A stretch of DNA of 64,000 nt from Takakia lepidozioides. Lineage: Eukaryota; Plantae; Bryophyta. The translations under genes were made by a program, and so were the position numbers. The stretch lies in contig CM060731.1 of assembly GCA_030704615.1 (NCBI GenBank), positions 45,198,001-45,262,000 on the forward strand, in the 5' to 3' direction. Below are positions 13,705 to 28,329 of the stretch, piece after piece (position 1 is the first letter of the stretch; each line of letters begins with the position of its first letter). The notes under the pieces are model-generated. The model was given only the letters and a program-made list of their open reading frames with translations. It made no database searches and was not told where the DNA came from.

Positions 13705-13870
13705 CTACAGAAGCTGATCGCAGAACTCGGTACCCTGGTGAGTAAGGATCTCTACATGACATCCATACCTCAAGATAATCTGATCAAAGAATAATTGTGT
13801 CACAAAATCTGCATCCTTCACAATCAAGGGTTGGATTTCTACCCATTTGGAGAGGTAATTCATGGCTCCA
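13705..13870 (-). mobile_element. Ty3/gypsy integrase core fragment
   Basis: NYLSKWVEIQPL...DQIILRYGCHVEILTHQGTEF resembles the rve motif DY.SKW.EA...RYG.P..I.TDQG.EF. Confidence 0.7.
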
Positions 13871-14037
13871 AAAAAAAACCCAAACCCAGACCGGGCGGGT
13901 TCCTTACAACGGCAGAACCCGCACAACACTGGCCTATACCCAATGACAAAGGCAGACCTATTCCCGCGAGAATACCAACAGCGCCATTTGGAAAATTGGA
14001 ATCATATTGGTGCATTCATTATGTGTCTATAATCATG

Positions 14038-15324
14038 TGTGAGGACTTATGTGGGCGTTGATAACCACATAATTCCTAGACCTCACCAAGCTGTTATATT
14101 ATGATTTGTTTTTGTTGGCTCTCTTGTAGAGAGACTTTGCATCATGTTAACCCTTAAGTTCCCAAGCCCTTTTTTGACTTTTTACCAATTTTGGGTACCC
14201 AGCTGCAGTAAATTGCCCCTAGAAACCTACCAAAAATCATCCACAGATTCCAGCCTTATAGCAATGGGCCCAGCTCATTTATGCATGACATACCAAAAAA
14301 TGAGCCAAGTCCACCGTGGAAATTGTGAGATTATAGCGTTGGCCCGGACCTCAAATATCAGGTCCCAAAGAAAAAGTGAGAAAGAAATTGGTTTGACCAA
14401 ATCAAAACCTAGCTTTCTCCAATTTTGCTTGCCAAAAGACCCACCATTTCCAAATCAATAGTGGAGTGGCTATGACCCCACTAAATTGCAGGTCCAACTG
14501 ATTTTTTCACCTATGGTTGCTATTCATGCAATTACGTGGGGGTTGAAATCTCAAAATTGACGGGAGAAAATGTGCCTCCAAATGAAGTACTTTTTTTTCT
14601 ACAAATTTTTTAAAAGCCAATGGTGGATGTGTGTATGTAATGCTCACACACCACAAGGTGAAGTGTTTTTTCCAAAATTGCTAATTTTCTGCCAAAAATG
14701 GCCTTTAGAGTGCAATCTGTTTTGGGCTTGTTTACCTGCCACGTCAGCGGTCAACAGCCCTTTTCAGGCCCCAAAACGTAAATTAAAGATCTAAGATATT
14801 TTTTGTAAGTAGCAGCTTTGTTTTTTTTTTATTTGTTTTGTGCAATCATCTCAGACAATCCATTGTCATTAAAGCTTCAGGAGTGGGCCCCATCAGATTA
14901 GATCTGTAAAAATTAGGTCGAACTGCAAATTCAAAGTGACCCGATTCAGGTCGCTGGGGAACTTAAGGGTTAAAGTCAATGGAGAAAATGTGGTCGAAGG
15001 ACCTTACACCGTGTGAAGTCGCTGATTGGTGTGTTGTGCTGAGTCATCTTACCTTCCTCTTATGTTTTGCCAAAGCCAAGCAAGAGAGCCAATTGCCCTT
15101 TGAGGCTTGTTTTTTCGAATAATTTAAATTTTTGTTTTCTATTGTGTCTTTGAAGGACTTGCGGGAGTTCATGAATTATGTGCGCGTCAACACCCAAGCG
15201 TCCTCACATTTTAATATTTTTGTTTTTGAAAATTTTGGTTATTTGTTTTTGTTTTTGTTTTTTTGGAGGACTTACAAAAGGTCCACAAATTATGCGGGCA
15301 TCAACGCCCACATAAGCCCTCACA
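14038..15324. repeat. ~37-bp inverted/direct repeat family flanking the MITE (older host element)
   Basis: TGTGAGGACTTATGTGGGCGTTGATAACCACATAATT (14038-14074) is inverted relative to 15288-15324 and a more diverged copy at 15174-15208. Confidence 0.7.
14151..14969 (+). mobile_element. Non-autonomous piggyBac-like MITE, copy 1 (819 bp)
   Basis: TTAA|CCCTTAAGTTCCCAAGC ... GCTGGGGAACTTAAGGG|TTAA: 17-bp TIR with 1 mismatch and TTAA on both sides; a highly similar inverted copy lies at 31827-32648. Confidence 0.85.
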
Positions 15325-16344
15325 TTTTACATAAAAGTACTCTTAAAAATTTTGGGGTTTTTTCTATGTTGGCTCCCTGCCGAAGTCGCCATTGCCTCTC
15401 ATTTTAAGATAAGAGGGTCTTCAATGGGCACGTGCGATGTGGCCGGTGGGCCCCGCGCACGGACGCCCGGCTCCCCAGCACCCCCGCCCGCCCCACCCGC
15501 GCCCCCGTCCCCGCGCGGCCAGTCCCCCGCCCATGAGTCCGCTGCCCTCCAGTCTGTCAGTCCGCTGCTGGCCAGTTTTGCTGCACAGTAGTCTGCCAGT
15601 CCGCCAGTCCGGTGCTGGCCAGTCCGGTGCCCAGCAGTCTGCCAGTCCGCCGGTCTGTCCGCCAGTCCGCTGGCCAGTCCCCTGCCATCCAGTCCGCTGA
15701 CGGCGCAGGATCGCCACCATCCATTCCCATAACCCATCTTAGCCCTCCATTTTTAGGGCTGCGAAAATGGCAATGATCTTGCCACCAAATCCCGGCCGCT
15801 CTCTTTTGACGGCTTTTTGTTGTCCAATGTTGCGGTAGGCGTTTCCATGCACGCGACTGTTCCTCTTTTGCGCGCGATGTTCATGATGATGATGAAGCGT
15901 GTGCTTGAACATGAGAGGACTGTCTCGCACTACAGCCACCATCGTGCATATGCTTCCACTATTTTTGCCTTCTTGCTGTGCTTTCGGGAACCTTCGTTTT
16001 ATGGTTTGGTTCTATGTCATAAATATGGAAAATGCGGACATCTGTCGTCAATAACGTCCTCTGCTTGTGATCCGTCATGATACGTTTAGCCCCTTCGTTA
16101 CTGCATCCCTCATGAGAGCCTTCACAAGTTTAGTTCGTTAAAAGAACCCCTGGGTAACATGGGCGCGAAAATGGCGGAAGCGTATGCACATGGGGGCGTG
16201 TGTTGCAGATTTCGTATCGGACGATGGGACTGTTTATGTGACCAAGTATAGCGGCTTGCATCCGTCATGCATAAGTTGTGGAAAAGGGTGGAGAATCTGA
16301 AGAAACCCAGCTTTGTGATGGATCCACATGGTATTATATAAGGG

Positions 16345-17467
16345 ATGGCAGCACAAAAAAACAATTCGAGTCGTCACGGAACACCATCCAGTCCTAAGGT
16401 CCTCAAACATCCACACGCACTTGCTGAATGCAGATGTCTGAGCCAAGACGGGAGTAGGTGCAGATGTCCCGACCCCCTGCCCTCAAAGCAAAGGGCCGCG
16501 ACAGCGGGTAATTCCATGCTGATGTTTTTTTAAGGGGACCCACGGTTTGAATGCGGACTGTCGCCGGATGACATAAAGGCGCTCCAGAAGGTTGAGTCGG
16601 AGTGCACAGATAGACTCCTGGAGTTGTGGTGTCGATTCTATGAGAAGTCGGTTGAGGCTGCGTTCACCAACACTATTGATGTTCTTCCAACGTCAACGTG
16701 GATGGTGTTGAAGTCATTGGGGGTGGGGCAACGTGAAAGCCTTCTGGAGGTCTTGAAAGGTTGCCTCAGCACCGAACGACTGGGCAAGGACTTGAAAGAG
16801 TGCGATTTCATTTTGGTGCCAATTGGGGACGAGTAAGAACTCTTCCGAGTCTGCTGAGACTGTCTCCTGAGTTATAGTCTGGTTTCGCAGTGTCGTCTTG
16901 ACTCTGAGCGATTAAGTTGACCTCTGTATTTGTGTAGTGGACTGGGTTTGAAGATGCTGAGTGGTCGGTCTGCTGAGTGTCAGTCTACTGAGTCTGCCCA
17001 TCATGATTGTGCAATGATGCCATGTTGTTTGATACCATTGCAGGGGGCACTGGAGTGTTTGTATCATCGACCTCCGCAAGGGCTGTTACACTCACCTGAA
17101 CTCTATCAGGGACTCACATAGTTGTCCCTTTGTTCTAGGGTGGATTCGGAAGTTTCATGCTGAGTGCTTAGGGTACTCGATGGACTCACCGGAGTGGCAT
17201 GAGATTGTCCAAGCATTTCAGTTCCACGCGCCTGATGTGCCCCAGCAACCATTCAGCTGGGAGTGTGGCTTTTACGTCATGTCATTTATTCAAGTGTTTT
17301 ATGAGTGGATAAAAGTCAGAGGAAATGTCTCCAAGACTGCAAAGCCAGAGAGAGGAACACCTTTCACGAAGGACTGGTTTACTTTCAAGTTTGCACTTAG
17401 GCAGCGAATGCAGTGTGCCCAGTATATCGTGCGGGGGTTGGACAATGTAGAGAAACTGCTCTCATGA
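16345..17467 (+). pseudogene. MULE-borne Ulp1/peptidase C48 SUMO-protease-like gene, probably disabled; last intron 16833-17043
   Basis: DFILVPIGDE-GHWSVCIID...HLNS...DVPQQPFSWECGFYV: catalytic His, Gln and Cys present, but the usual Asp (DS) reads NS; in-frame TAA at 16531. Confidence 0.75.
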
Positions 17468-18363
17468 GTATGATGTACTTGTCCTGTGAAGTCTATGTAC
17501 CGAAATAAAAAATGCGAGTCTTTTCGCTTATTATTCCAGTGGTGATTAGCACTTTTGTGTACTGTGGGTGCTGGCATGTTTTGTAATGTTGTCACTAAAC
17601 TCAATGGACACAATGGTGTCAATTTTTCCATGCACTGTGCACCCGAGTCTGTTGAGCTTGAATGTGCGAACAGTACGCTGCCGAGGCTAGGACTGGTGGG
17701 TGTGATACCTAGTCTGGTAGGCACCATATCCATGAGTCTGCTGGGACACTGGATTGACATGAGTCGTTAGGGAGGTAGTCCACTGGAGCCTGTCCATTTT
17801 GAGTCTGCTGATGTGGATGAGTCTGCTTGAGACTTAGTCTGTCCAGCAGTCTGCTGGAAGAAATGCAGGGATGAGGTGGAAGTGTGGTGAGCAGACTTTT
17901 GGAGTGGGCAGCAGACTGACCAGCAGACTAGCTTACTGGCGTTCGCAGTCTGTTGACTGTGACTCTGTTGGGAGACTGTGCGTGAGTCCGTTGGGAAACT
18001 ATGCTTGGGAGACTGTGTGGGGGTCAGTTGGGAGACTAGAGGAGTCCATTAGGAGACTGTGCAGGAGTCCATTGTGGGACTCTGCAGCCGTCTGATGGGA
18101 GTTTGTGCCGGAGTGTGCTGGGATTGTGGAGACTGGAGGAGTCCATTGGGAGACTGTGCATGAGTCCATTGCGGATTTGTATTTCAGAAAGAGACAATGC
18201 TACCAGAGGAATTGCAGATTTATATTGTCTTCTTCGTGACACCTACACGACCTGAAACCTTGCGAATTTTCGAGTACATATGTGCTGCAGATGCAGGTGC
18301 AGACACCTTCTTGCTGGTTCTCCGCAAAACCCTAGGCCGGGTTTTCCAGGCCTCCACGAAATC

Positions 18364-21300
18364 TCATCTCATTTTCAGAGACATGTTGTTGTTGTTGTTG
18401 TTCAGAGAACAGAAAGCCTTCACTGCCGCAGGGTGCAACATTCCAGCCGCACTTTTCGCCAGGATATCAACGAGCTGCCCTCTGCACATACGAAGAGCAG
18501 ATCGGGCATGTGCCTCCAGGTATTTGTCATCACCTACAATGCGAAGTATATCCGCAAATTCTTGTTCCATTGAGGGTGAGACCTCCAGAGGTGCCTCGTC
18601 GTAGGGGAAGTCGTCCGGAGGATGTCTTTCCATGAACTGATTGGATTCGTCGTTGCCGCCAGCACCATTGCCCAAGAGCAAGTTAGGTAATCCTCCATGA
18701 ATGGTTCCCAGCGCCGTGCCACAAACGCGCATAAGGAGGCCATCCTGCAGGTCAGGGTGAAGCATCTTCAGGACACGGACCTGATGCTTGCATAAGTTTC
18801 CCTTCATTGCCCATGGGCACGTGCAACAAGCCCAATCGCAATCAGGATTGTAAACAATGTATGTTGTGCCGGGGTGGTTGCTGCTGAGAACGTAGGCTGG
18901 TTCACCAGGACCCAAGGGAAGAGTAACACTCTCAGCAGGAATGTCTCGTGCCGCAAGTATAGAACTGGATATGTACTTTTCGTGTTTGTCATTTCTTATG
19001 AACCCGTGGGTCTTCAAATGGATTGCGTACCAGTAGTGTGTTAGCATACGGCCAGTGAGTTCCCATATAAGTCAGTCCACTCTACGACCACTCATCTTGC
19101 CTTTCCCCATGGCAAGTCTTGCCTTCAGATTTCCATGGTATGCCTCAATGCTTGCGTTTGTGTCTTGGCTCGCATGAGGGACATGGCGGGCTGCTGTACA
19201 TCACATTGCTATTTTGGGCTTCCAGTACTGTTCGATATAGTCGAGAAATTCATGTCCTTTCGGGTATTTTGACCTCATACGACGGATTCTCCTTGCAACC
19301 CACCGAAGCGCTCTTTTCTCGTTGCGTGGTCCCCTTCTACAGTACATGAGGTCTCCCATATCCTTCAACAAGTTTACAGTGGTCACCGGATCCTTCGTTT
19401 TCTTGCATGATTGCTTCACCCATGCCTTGCGGACATGCCAAAGGCAGAGGAAAATGAGTACTCCTTCAAAAACAATTCTGCACAACACACATGGTACACA
19501 TTAGAGTCTTGGGATCGGACTGCAATGGTGGACTGCCGGAGTGGACTGTAACGGCGACCTGTATCAGCGGGCAGAGCCACTGGACTCGCCCAATGGACAG
19601 GACAATGCCATGACGTTGATGTGCTGGAATAACCCCATTGGACTTCCCCTAGCTAGGACTGGGGCAGCGGACTGCATCAGCGGACTGCCTCATTGGACTG
19701 CCACAACGAACTGCGGAGCGGACTTGCTAGGGACTGCTGAGTGGACTTGGCAGCGGACTTGCCAAGGACTGCCGAGTGGACTTGCCAGCGGACTGCCGAG
19801 CGGACTTGCCAGGGGACTGATGAGCGGACTTGACAGCAAACTACCAGTGGATTTGCCCAGCGAACTGCCATCGGGTTTAGCCACATGAGTCTGCCAGTGG
19901 ACTGTACCAATAGAATGCTGCAGTGGACCTCGACAATGGACCGATGTTGTGGACCAACAGACTTACCGAATAGCGTTGATTTCTGCTTCGGCATCGTCCA
20001 CAATGAAGGCATTGGGTCGCCAGCTCGGCAAATCTGCGAGGAGTGAATCGCGCAAGGCTCTTATCCACGGAACCAGGTCTGTTGTCCGATTCCTCGCGGA
20101 TATGATATAGGCAACTGGTATACCGTTCAACCACTCGTCGAAGACCATCAACGTGTACAATGGGAACTGTTGGAATGCACAATGTAAGATGGTCAGAGCA
20201 TTCAAATTCCGCTCAGTTCTGCACGAGAAGACTTCATAAGAGTGATGAGGTCTGCAGCGGTTCACAATGGGTCTGCCCCTCGGTCTTCCGCAACGTACAC
20301 ATGAAAACATACAGAAAGGGTCAGCACACCAAATTTTATGTGAATGTTGCATGGTACTATGCTATCATGCTCGTACAAGTCCATGGAATCGTTTGAATAG
20401 TACCTTGTCATGATTTTTCCCAAAGGTTGCATCACATGCAACGATACGGTCATGTCCTAGTTCCAGCATTCGTCGTTTCTGCCACGGAGTGTATGCCAAT
20501 AGTGAATGTCAAATCTCCATCAAAATGCTCGAATGTTGGCTCTAATTTCTCCTCTTGATAGAAAAAAACGGACGCATGATTCTGGTCTCTCCACATGCGC
20601 ACACTCTCCGCATCATTGGCGTGTTTTTTGAAGGTTTGCCACGCACGTTTCTTAGCAAGGTTGCGAACGTCTTGCTCCAACAAGAAATCATCGCGGGTCC
20701 ATGCATCGCCCAAGCCGGTGTTGTTCATCACGTGCTCTTTATGCTCCATCATGATTTGGGCGACCGACAGGCCTCGGCACAAACACTCGACGTCCCAGGC
20801 TTTCAATTCCTCGCTAATGTGTGGTGCATAGGCGTGGCGGGTGTTCCTGAACTCTGCGGACTTCCCATGCGAGGGTTTCCCTTGCGCATCTGTATGCTTC
20901 ATGTTGTTGTAGTACGTGAGGACACAGATGTCAGGGGCGAGATAACATTGCTGGACCTTGAAACAGCATTGGCAACCACGCTTGTAAGACTCTCCGTACT
21001 CCGACTTCTTTCTCCTTGGGCCTTTATGAGGGCAAGATGTTCCAGCACCTACAAGAGGTCCTCCACGCTTCTGTTTTGGATCCTCCACTATTGCCTTGTT
21101 GGTGCGCTTGTCATCAGGACCGTAGCAGCATTGATACCTGGACAGAAAATTCTAAAATCGATATCCAACGACTTGAGGAAGCATAAAATCAGAGAACTCG
21201 TGAAACAAAAAATGACAACAGACATGCAATGAAACGTCAAAAGGACTGAGAATGGTGCACACATAATACTGGACAGAAATGTGTTGGCTCTGGGTGCTTT

Positions 21301-21585
21301 TCGCGAGCCGGGTTCCACTTTAGAATGGACATTCACCCAAAACTGAGCGGGGTAGTCCTCCAAACTCTCCTCTCCCAGGACAAAGTTACCAACTCTATCC
21401 CAAGGTATGCAGGCCTTTTCAACATTCACTCGCACACCCATAAACCCATATTGCGTCTCACTCTTCCAATGGAGATCCTTCATGTTGAAGGGTCCTGGTT
21501 TTGCTGTTTGCAAACATTGTCGAAGAGGCCGTATAAGCGGGCTTTCCGTGATCAGTATATCATCGGGTTTTGCTTCCACGTCCAT
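18364..21585 (-). pseudogene. MULE transposase with C-terminal SWIM zinc finger, spliced and frameshifted
   Basis: YKRGCQCCF..; IGI-TPWQ...GH...CDATFG with frameshifts near 20410-20490; FPLYTLMVFD...FIVDDAEAEINAIR; LCLWHVRKAW; SWIM CTCPWAMKGNLCKH. Intron 21262-21138 is GT-AG. Confidence 0.85.
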
Positions 21586-22259
21586 GCCCTATACAGTACA
21601 AAGGACACGCTTCTGAACATGTAAGAAACGCGCCGCAGTACAAGACATGATCGACAACGTGCCAGGAGAACAGTGCACACGTTCGCGGCTGCTGGCAGAA
21701 ATAAAGGTTTGAATTGCAGCCCTAAAAATGGAGGGCTCGGATGGGTTATGGGAATGGACGGTGGTGGCGACCCTGCGCCGCCAGCGGACTGGCGGACTGG
21801 CGGACTGCTGGGCAGCGGACTTATGGGCGGGGGACTGGCCGACTGGCCAGCAGCGGACTGGTAGCGGACTCATGGGGGGACTGGCCGCGCGGCAGACGGG
21901 GTGTGGGCAGGGTGCTGGGGAGCCGGGCGTCCGTGCGCCGGGCCCACCGGCCACATCGCACGTGCCCATTAAGACCCTATTATCTTAAAATGAGAGGCGT
22001 CACCATGGGCCTGGGTCTATAAAGTTGGTAGCCAACAAAACCTAAACCTAACCTAAACGTGAGGGTTGGAGGAGGAAAGAGGGAGGGATGGGTGTAGAGA
22101 AAGCAGCGATGGTGTAGAGAAGGGGGTGGTTTGGCTGTGCGTGGTTTAACAGTTGAAGCCTCTTCTTTCAGAGACTGACAGTTAAGCGGTTAAAACACGA
22201 GAGACACACACCTTAAAGAAGCTGGGTTGTGCAGAGCTGCGAGACAGAGAGGTCTGCCG

Positions 22260-25892
<3,633 letters not shown>

Positions 25893-27766
25893 ATTTCTCT
25901 CAGCAGCCAAGGTACATTTTCCACCACAGGATTTTGGCATCGAGGCTGTTGATACCATTTCTGTCCAATTTCATTGGAAATTGCTGTTTGGTTTTCTGGG
26001 CCTGGGAAGTGTTTCACCAACCTCAAGCATGGGGTTGTCTTATTAATTGCAGGCTTGATATCTCAGGAACCATCAAACTGGTTACTTCATTTTTGTGGAG
26101 CTGGTGGCCGTGCTGCGCAGCCTGAACAGATCTAAACAGGGGAGTCGTGATTCTGACTTCTTTGGAGGACTTTGAAGTGTGACCTGTTACTGCAATTGCT
26201 ATCAGAGAGTCAGTGAAAACACACAATCTTGTTGAAATGGGAGATTTGCTCAGAGTGTCCATTTTTATGTGCTATTGTATTGTAGCAGGGCACACGAGCA
26301 CTACCTTCCACCACTGAGTTCAGGGTTGTAATGTGCACTAAGTGGTAGTAGTCACATAGACTTCAGTGGCCGGTGCTAACTCAGAATTTAGTTTAACAGC
26401 TTCTGTCAAATTACAAACTGCGAAAATTTGTTCACTTCACTTTCACAGTAGTGAAGATGGATTCTCAGATGTATGTGTTCCCAATTTGATGGTATTCACT
26501 TTGTGTGTGGAGGTGGCCACATGTTGAAGAGGAATACAAACAAGGATAGCAATGCCTTGCAGTAACCTCATTGTTCTCAAAGCTTCTAACCATGATTGCA
26601 GTAACCTATCTTTGGGTGTCAGAATGGCTTTTGACTTTCATTTACTCAGTTGCAAACATTGAAACACGCCTAACAACATAAGCATGCCTGTTCTTGTCCA
26701 TTTGTTTTAGAGTGAATGCACATGGACGCATCTGACCTTGCCTAAGTGTCGTCATCATACCTATTAAGTTAGAAAGTCACCAGAAACTATGTCCAGTAAG
26801 AATTTGTTGGCCCTTGCTTGCGGACCTGTTCTGGCTCTACTCTTTATACGGTCATATAAAACTATTGGCCAGTGCTGCAAGAAAGAGGGAAGGTTTTTGG
26901 TTGGATTGAGGTACGATAAAATGATGATCTTGATTGATGAACATAGCTTCGGGTGAAGACCGTGAAGATTGCAGCTGCCTTAAAAATAAGTTCAAGACTA
27001 CAGACAATCTGTTTTGGTGCAGAAAAGGATTTCGAGGACGAGACGGAAGAGCTCCGCAGTTTGCGGTGAGAGAGAGAGACCCCCAACGGTCTCTTCATCT
27101 CTCTCGTGCCCCTCAGCCCGCGTCGACCTCGATTCGGCCTTTACATCCCTGATTTGCTTTGGAATGAACCCACCTTCATTTTTGCATCTCACTTTTAGCA
27201 TTTCACAAATACTGTTTTAAGTTCACAGCTATCACATCTATGTTCTTCATCAACCTTCATCCTCGTCATCTCTATTAATTCCCTCGCAGGTTTGCGGCGC
27301 TAATTATCAGTCCCAGGCTCTGCAGTCGCCGTCACATTCGTATCCCATAATTCTAAGCCTGCCACTCGGTCGGCTCCCAAAGCCGCCACCTTTCGCCAGC
27401 CCGCCACCTCTCCGGCGTCACACCTTCAGCCCACTTCAGCTCCCTCTCCCTTCTCACGCTAATCCTCTCTCTCCCTGTCTCCTCCAGCTCGATTTTCTCT
27501 TCTCCCAGCATGGGTCCCTTCAGCTCTCCTCAGCTCAGGCTCATATAAGATAAAGAGCTCAGGCATCCTGACAAAGTTTGGAAGCGCTCTCTCCAGAGAT
27601 CTTCCAGAATTTCGCAACCCAACCGCCCCCAGCCTTCTTCGGGTACTTAATCGATCCTTCCTCATCGCTCGGACCTGATTAGGCCACCATCGCTCCTTTC
27701 CACGCGGCCTCCAGCTCCCGGCAGCCGCTCCATGACCCTGTCTCTGCAGCACCAATCACTCACACT

Positions 27767-28129
27767 GTGAAGGAGATCGCTCTCCCTCATGATCAGCAGG
27801 ATAACATCAAGGATACTGTAGAGGAGCAAGAAGCGATGAATGGCGATTTCCCGCTCATCAAGATGAACATCACCGATCGAGTCTCAACCATGGAAGAGAA
27901 GTCAACAGAGTGTGTGTCAGAGATAGGGCAATCCGCCATCTTGGGGGGCAGGTGAGCTAAAGCAGCATTTTTGCCACGGCAAAGGTCGGGGTTTTTCTCC
28001 ATAATTTTTGAGTCTCAGGAAGCTGCTGCCCAAGTTCAACCCACACTTAAATGGGTCAATGTTAACATCTTTCCCTAGTCTTCCAAAATGGGTAACAGAA
28101 AGGGCAAGCTTTGGGGGCCTAGGATTATC
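27767..28129 (+). mobile_element. Possible degenerate L1 ORF1 (DUF4283-like) remnant
   Basis: Stop-interrupted frame reading ...RSGFFSIIFESQEAA...PSLPKWV resembles plant L1 ORF1 GFF.+.F and P.WV motifs. Confidence 0.3.
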
Positions 28130-28139
28130 TCTGTTCCTT

Positions 28140-28314
28140 GACAACCAGCATGTAGCCCAGTGGTAATGGGCACATACCACGTTGGATGTGGTTGTGGGTT
28201 CAAACCACGGTCTGGTGTGTCATGAAGGTGTCCACCTTTCAGCTGGGAAGTAGCCCTTGTGGTGAAGTGACACCATAAGTTACGCTCCCTTCAGAGGAGT
28301 CATACTTTACTTTT
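28140..28314 (+). mobile_element. tRNA-derived SINE with RandI/Dualen-type 3' tail (175 bp)
   Basis: A box TAGCCCAGTGG (28153), B box GGTTCAAACC (28197) and ACCAG/CTGGT closing stem. The tail at 28227-28314 is homologous to the LINE 3' end. Perfect 10-bp TSD TCTGTTCCTT at 28130-28139 and 28315-28324. Confidence 0.85.
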
Positions 28315-28329
28315 TCTGTTCCTTTCATT

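Larger units (their letters stand above)
15394..21998 (-). mobile_element. Mutator-like element (MULE), 6.6 kb, with long GC-rich TIRs and 9-bp TSD
   Basis: TIRs start GCCTCTCATTTTAAGATAA and extend ~300-370 bp. TSD is GTCGCCATT (15385-15393) / GTCACCATG (21999-22007). Encodes a MULE transposase and a Ulp1 protease on opposite strands. Confidence 0.92.

Noticed and set aside
20555-21232. Long plus-strand ORFs opposite TE genes (also 29191-29763, and minus-strand 53529-54124)
   Set aside because: These are antisense shadows of transposase, L1 and gag coding sequence with no recognisable motifs.
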